Part shown: piece by piece, positions 58,763-64,000 of the stretch | Layout of the letters: every line of letters begins with the position of its first letter | How positions within the stretch are numbered: position 1 is the stretch's first letter | From: the human T2T-CHM13v2.0 reference genome, Homo sapiens | Direction: 5' to 3' (one strand) | NCBI RefSeq assembly: GCF_009914755.1 | Contig: NC_060937.1 | DNA length: 64,000 nucleotides | Made by a program: the position numbers and the translations under genes | Notes under the pieces: model-generated | Told to the model about the DNA's origin: nothing | Databases searched by the model: none | Seen by the model: the letters and a program-made list of their open reading frames with translations, nothing else

Positions 58763-59308
58763 TTTGGTAACCAGTCTGTAAAGATGGCTCTCCAAAGCAC
58801 GGTGCCTCCCAGTGTTCATGCTTTTGTATAGTCCTCTCCCACATTGAACCTGGGGGTTTAATCAAGAGGATGCAGCAGAAGTGACACTGTGTGACTTCTA
58901 AGCCTAGGTCATAAGAAGCCTTGTATCTGCCTCCTGGGCCTCTCAGAACACATGTTCTGAGAAAGCAAGCCACCATGCAGGAAGTCCAAATATCCAGACA
59001 CCACCATGTGAGGAAGCCCAAGTCAGCCACATGGAAAGGCTGCCTGGAGACAAGGGATGTCTGGCTAGCTATTCCCAGCTGAGACACCAGTTATATAAGT
59101 GAAGAAGCCATCATGGGTGTCCAGCACAGTTGAGTCTGCAGATGACTTCAGCCCCAGCCACCATCTGACTGCAACTGCATGAGAAACTCCAAGAGACAAC
59201 TGCCCAACTGAGCCCAGTAAACCCTCAGAACTGTGAGAGAGATTAGTACATCACTGTTTTAAGCCACAAAGTTGGAAATGGTTGGTCATACAAGAGATAG
59301 CCAGAACA
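58763..59308 (+). mobile_element. MaLR LTR, MLT1F/G-like
   Basis: aaagatggctc..cctctcccacattgaa..gcagaagtgacactgtgtgacttctaagcctaggtcataag ... ctgactgcaactgcatgaga..tgttttaagccac. Confidence 0.8.
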
Positions 59309-59384
59309 TGATGTCACATATATTATTTTGTATGCATCAAACACTACAATTTTTTTTTTCAGAAATGAGATTATTAACACAAGT

Positions 59385-59535
59385 CGGAATCAGACAGTCT
59401 GGTTTCAAATCCTGGTTCTGCCACTCCTAGCTTCTGCGACTTATCCTGAATAAGCCACTTAACCTCTCTAAGAATCAGTTTTATCATCTGGGAAATGGGG
59501 AAAATAATAGTTCCTACCTCATAGGTAAGTTGGGA
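59385..59535 (+). mobile_element. MIR
   Basis: gaatcagacagtctggtttcaaatcctggttctgccact..cacttaacctctct..catctgggaaatgggg..cctacctcatagg. Confidence 0.8.
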
Positions 59536-61061
59536 GGCTTAAGAAATACTGACTTTGTATATTCTTATCTAGGCAGAAGGTAAGGACATTACAACTTGTA
59601 GGGACAAAGCAGTACTACACAAACTTGCTTCTTCTATGGATCGAAAGAGGAAAGGAAAAAGCTTTTGTAAATGAAATGTGGATTATAGCTTAAGAACTCC
59701 TATGAGTATTCATGGTAAACAGGATTCAGCTGGAACAAGTGGCTATAAAGTCTGTTCCCACTCTGTGGTTTTATGAAGATTCATTGATTTCCTGCAGTTT
59801 ATTTCAGGTATAAAACATGTGAACTCGGATTTCTCAGAGACAGATTTCCCTGATTTTAGCATTATTTCTGTCCATGGCTTCCCTCTCCTGTGGAACTCTC
59901 CACTTTGGGCCCAGTCATCTCATGTTAGGTGAAAGCAAACAAATAAAGGCGTCATTCAGTCAATCCACTCGATGGCTGGTTAATAGATCACATAGAAGGA
60001 AGGGGCAAGGAAGGAGGAACAGGAGACTGATAGTGCTGTTCTTTCTGCAGGGCATTTGAAGTCTGGGAATAGAAACTGGACAAGTGATTTTAGGAAGCAA
60101 TCTTGTTTGAAAGATGATTATACTCTAGGAAGGGGTGAAATATGACCATTGTGCATCCCACAGATATCCTCAGAATATGATGAAAGCCAATTTCTACCCT
60201 TTCCCATTTAGCTTGGTCCACAAACTACAAGGTTCAGGAGGATTAGCAAAATGCCAGCCAGGAGGTAAGCATTGTCTGAAAAGCCTGTGGCCCGTGGAGC
60301 TTGTGAACCACAAAACATCAATATTGACATCAGCTGGAGGAGATCTGATGGGAATCAGGCATGGCATGACTGCAGGCTGCGTAGGGGCTAGGCACTCTAT
60401 CTGCAGACCCTGGAGCTCATTCGGATCAGAGGATGACTTCCATCTGTTCTCCACACCCACCGGGGCAGAACAAAAAGGATGGGGTTATAATCCAGCAGGA
60501 GGTATATGGGTTAGTTGAGCTCCAGAGGTCTCTTTAAGCTCTAATTCAATGAAGACTGTCTTTCTTATCTCTGAGAAGAGGTAGCATTTTAAAAAACTGA
60601 GTTTGCTTTTGAAAAAAATTGCATTGTGAAGTATTTGTTGAAACTTCATAAATATCTGTGCTTTAAAAAATATTTTAACTGCAGTTAAATGTTCAGATTT
60701 GCTAGAGAGCTGCTGCAAAACTTCAGAGCTTTATTTACATAATCTTTCTCTTTACAGATTCCTTCTTTCTTCCACTGAATTTTGAGGAGGAAAATAAGTC
60801 ATTTCTCCTCCAAGAAGTCCCTCTGCTTCCAGCAGTCTGCTATGGTTTTTAGTGGCAATCCTAAATGTCAGAAGGCAGGGTGAAACCTGTCATGGAAGCC
60901 TCAAGGTAGGATCTTTTGATACTTAGCTAGCAAGGTCTTGTATTGTTTAGCCATGTATAGTATCTAGAGGATTTCTACTATTCTCCCTTTCCTGTGAATA
61001 CGTATATTCACATCTCTACCTCACTGATATCTCCTAATTCCAATGCATTAACAATTTTTCA

Positions 61062-61369
<308 letters not shown>

Positions 61370-61379
61370 GGAAACACTT

Positions 61380-62330
61380 TTACTTACAGAAAAACAGCAA
61401 ATGCCGTACAAAGATTTTTTCCTAGAACCATTAGAGAGTAAATTGTTGACCTGATGTCTCATAATCCCTAAATACTTTAGTCCAAGGGCATATTCCTACA
61501 TAACCACAATACAAGTACGCAAATCAGGAGATCAAAATTGATATTTTACTGCCATCTAATTCTCAGATTCCACTCAAGATGTGCCAACTGTCACAACGAT
61601 ATCCTTCACAGAAAAAAAAATCTGGTTCAGAATTAAGTGTTTCCATTAGTTGTTTTTAAGTTGCCTTATCTTTGGAATGGGTTTCTCTTTCCTTGACTTT
61701 CGTTACTTTGACAATTTTAAAGATTACAGATTAGTTTTTTTTTTTAATAGAATGGCTGTCATTTTGTTACCTCATGATTAGATTCACAGTATGAATTTTT
61801 GGCAGGAATGCCACCAAAGGGATGTTGGTTCTCATTGTATCCTATCAGATGGAATGTGATTTTGGTTTGTCTGATGAGCTGATGTTAAAGACCTGCCAGT
61901 CTTATCTGTATTTACCTCTTCCCCTTTTAAATCAATAAATGCTTTATGGGGAGATACTTTAAGCTACATAAATATCTTGTTCCATATCTAACTTCCTGTT
62001 TATTTCAGTGCGGGCTCTTGGATTCCTACTTCATTCAATGGATTATAATGTTACTATATTTATTTTGATACTCAAATGACAGTGGGATCCCGTTGAAGGT
62101 GGTTCCCATGTCCTTTTCACATGTCCTCACCATTTGTTTAGTACTTTCTTACTTCCTGGCACAAGAAGATGTTCTAGGCTCATCTGGTCCTTTTTCTGCC
62201 CCAGCCCTGGAATCAGCCATTTCTCTAAGGACCCCAGTTCCTTTTAATGGCAAATGGTACTTAGAAACTAAACTTTGGTTGCTAGGTGTGCATATTGCTA
62301 TTGGGGTGTTGCTGCTCCCAATTCTCTCAG
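61380..62330 (-). mobile_element. L1MC4-type 3' UTR fragment
   Basis: ccctaaatacttt..tcctacataaccacaatac..cctcatgattagattc..tttggcaggaat..ctggcacaagaagatgttctaggctcatc..ccctggaatcagccatttctc. Confidence 0.75.
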
Positions 62331-62770
62331 GCCTTTCAAGCCCTTTCTTTATCGTTTAAGAAAATTACCCATTTGTCACTTGTGTTGCAAGTAGCTTTTC
62401 TCAGTGGGAAGTTTTTGTTTTGACTTTATTTATGATGATTTTTTTCCTGTTCGGAAATAATTGGTCATTTTGCAGCCCAATTTGCCCACCATTCTTGTTT
62501 TGCTTCTGGGATTAATTTATTAGCCATTCCACACTTCAGAGTTAAAACATTTTCCCAATGTTTTCTTCTAATTCTTTCCTAGAAAAATATTTTTAAAAAA
62601 ATCTTAAAGTGCACATACTTTTATGTTGGTGAAGAAAAAAATTGGGTTTCATTTAGAGAGCAAGCTCAGTGCCACAGACTGATTCACTGTCTGAGGAAAA
62701 CCAAAGACAGATCCAATTTTTTGGATATGTAAGCATTTTGTGAACGGTTCTAGGAGCTCCTTATCCAAAC

Positions 62771-62950
62771 TAGTGGTTTTCTTACCCTGGTTGACAATTA
62801 TCACGACCTTGGGAAATTTTCTCAAACATGCTGGTACCCAGTATCCACCACACAAAGCAATTGAATCAGAACCTCTAGGGATTGCTGGGTAAGGGCTTTT
62901 TTTAAGTGCTACAGGTGATTCTAATGTGCTGCCAAGACTGAGAACCACTC
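62771..62950. mobile_element. MER5A/B MITE
   Basis: tagtggttttct..gaatcagaacctctaggg..caggtgattctaatgtgc.gccaag.ctgagaaccact. Confidence 0.8.
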
Positions 62951-63379
62951 ATCTAATTACACATCCTCACACTTGTCTAAAATTCTACCATGAGTAACTG
63001 TTTCCTTCAGACTAAAGAATTCCTTTTTGGTTATTTCCTTTCTTGGTTATCTTCTTTTAAAACATATTTTTTTTCCAAAGATTTAATACATCAAGTTTCT
63101 AATAATTTAGACTAGTGAGTTTAGCAGACTTCTAAAATGAAGACACAAGCATTAAAGTTATAGTTATGCATGTGTGGAAACTACACTTGCAGCACACCCA
63201 CTGTCCTGCGCTGGTTGTACACAGAAGGCAGCAGCTACCTAGGTAAAGGTGATATGGGTGGAAATGTTAATAGGAAGAAGCTTTGCCTTCAGAATAATCT
63301 CAAGGGGAACACTTAACCATACATTTGGAATTTTTTAAAACAAGAGCAAGCTGCAAGTTACGTGATGTTAAAAATATGA

Positions 63380-63560
63380 CCCATTATCTGAGTGATTATG
63401 AGCAAGTTACTTTACTTTGAAGAGCCTCAGTTTCCTTATTCACAAAAATGAAGCTGATATTAATACCTCTTTCATGAGATTGTTGTGAGAATTACATCAG
63501 ATCGTAAAGGTAAAGCCCTTTACATGTACATCACATAGAAAATACTCAGTAAGTGGTTGT
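63380..63560 (+). mobile_element. MIR
   Basis: gagcaagttactt..gagcctcagtttcctt..aaaaatg..taatacct..gattgttgtgagaatt..gtaaagc..actcagtaagtg. Confidence 0.75.
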
Positions 63561-64000
63561 CTTTAAATAAAGAATAGCTACTTTCACTCCTAGCCAGTAC
63601 CACTTCTAACAGATAACTTTTTCTGCATAAATCAAATTGCACATTGGCTTAAATTTTCTTCTTGAGTGGCCTGTATATAATATTCGGTAGTATCACTATT
63701 TAATATTAATCTCAGAATAAGAGTTTTGAGCTGAGACAGTTTTTTTTTTTTTTTGGTAATGAGTATGCATTTGTGATTTCTAAGGAAAATTCAGTAAAGG
63801 GAAAACATATATTTAAAATAGGTTGAATAGTTAAATTTTTCATCCTAATTGTTGGAATTATTTGGGGGTGACGAATGAGTCCAAAATTATAAATAATTCT
63901 AAAATTGTTTATTGCATGAAATTTCTAGTGCTGTAACTCTTGCATTGTCATGTGTATGTATCATACATTCTGGAAAAAGTAATGTCAGAACATGAGGCAA

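Overview
Primate genomic DNA, almost certainly human because it carries a near-consensus AluYb8, a human-lineage subfamily. It is AT-rich, CpG-poor and dominated by interspersed repeats: about 29 Alu/FLAM/FRAM copies, L1PA/PB/MA/MB/MC/ME fragments, L2 and MIR relics, a near full-length Tigger1 plus other Tigger/hAT/mariner (MADE1) elements, several MaLR (MLT1) LTRs and three solo ERV LTRs. I cannot support any intact protein-coding gene; the longer ORFs in the track mostly come from repeats. The most notable signals are: (1) a possible decayed multi-exon gene on the + strand (large A-rich exon-like block 17244-18701, 73-nt exon 19642-19714, terminal exon from 28077 with stop and AATAAA, splice phases compatible); (2) a rare SVA2 element with target-site duplications; (3) a tailless retrocopy of the 5' half of intron-containing pre-tRNA-Ile(TAT); (4) a 33-bp-arm near-perfect hairpin beside an ERV1 LTR; (5) a young AluYb8. 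Subfamily names come from recalled consensus sequences, and old-element boundaries are approximate.
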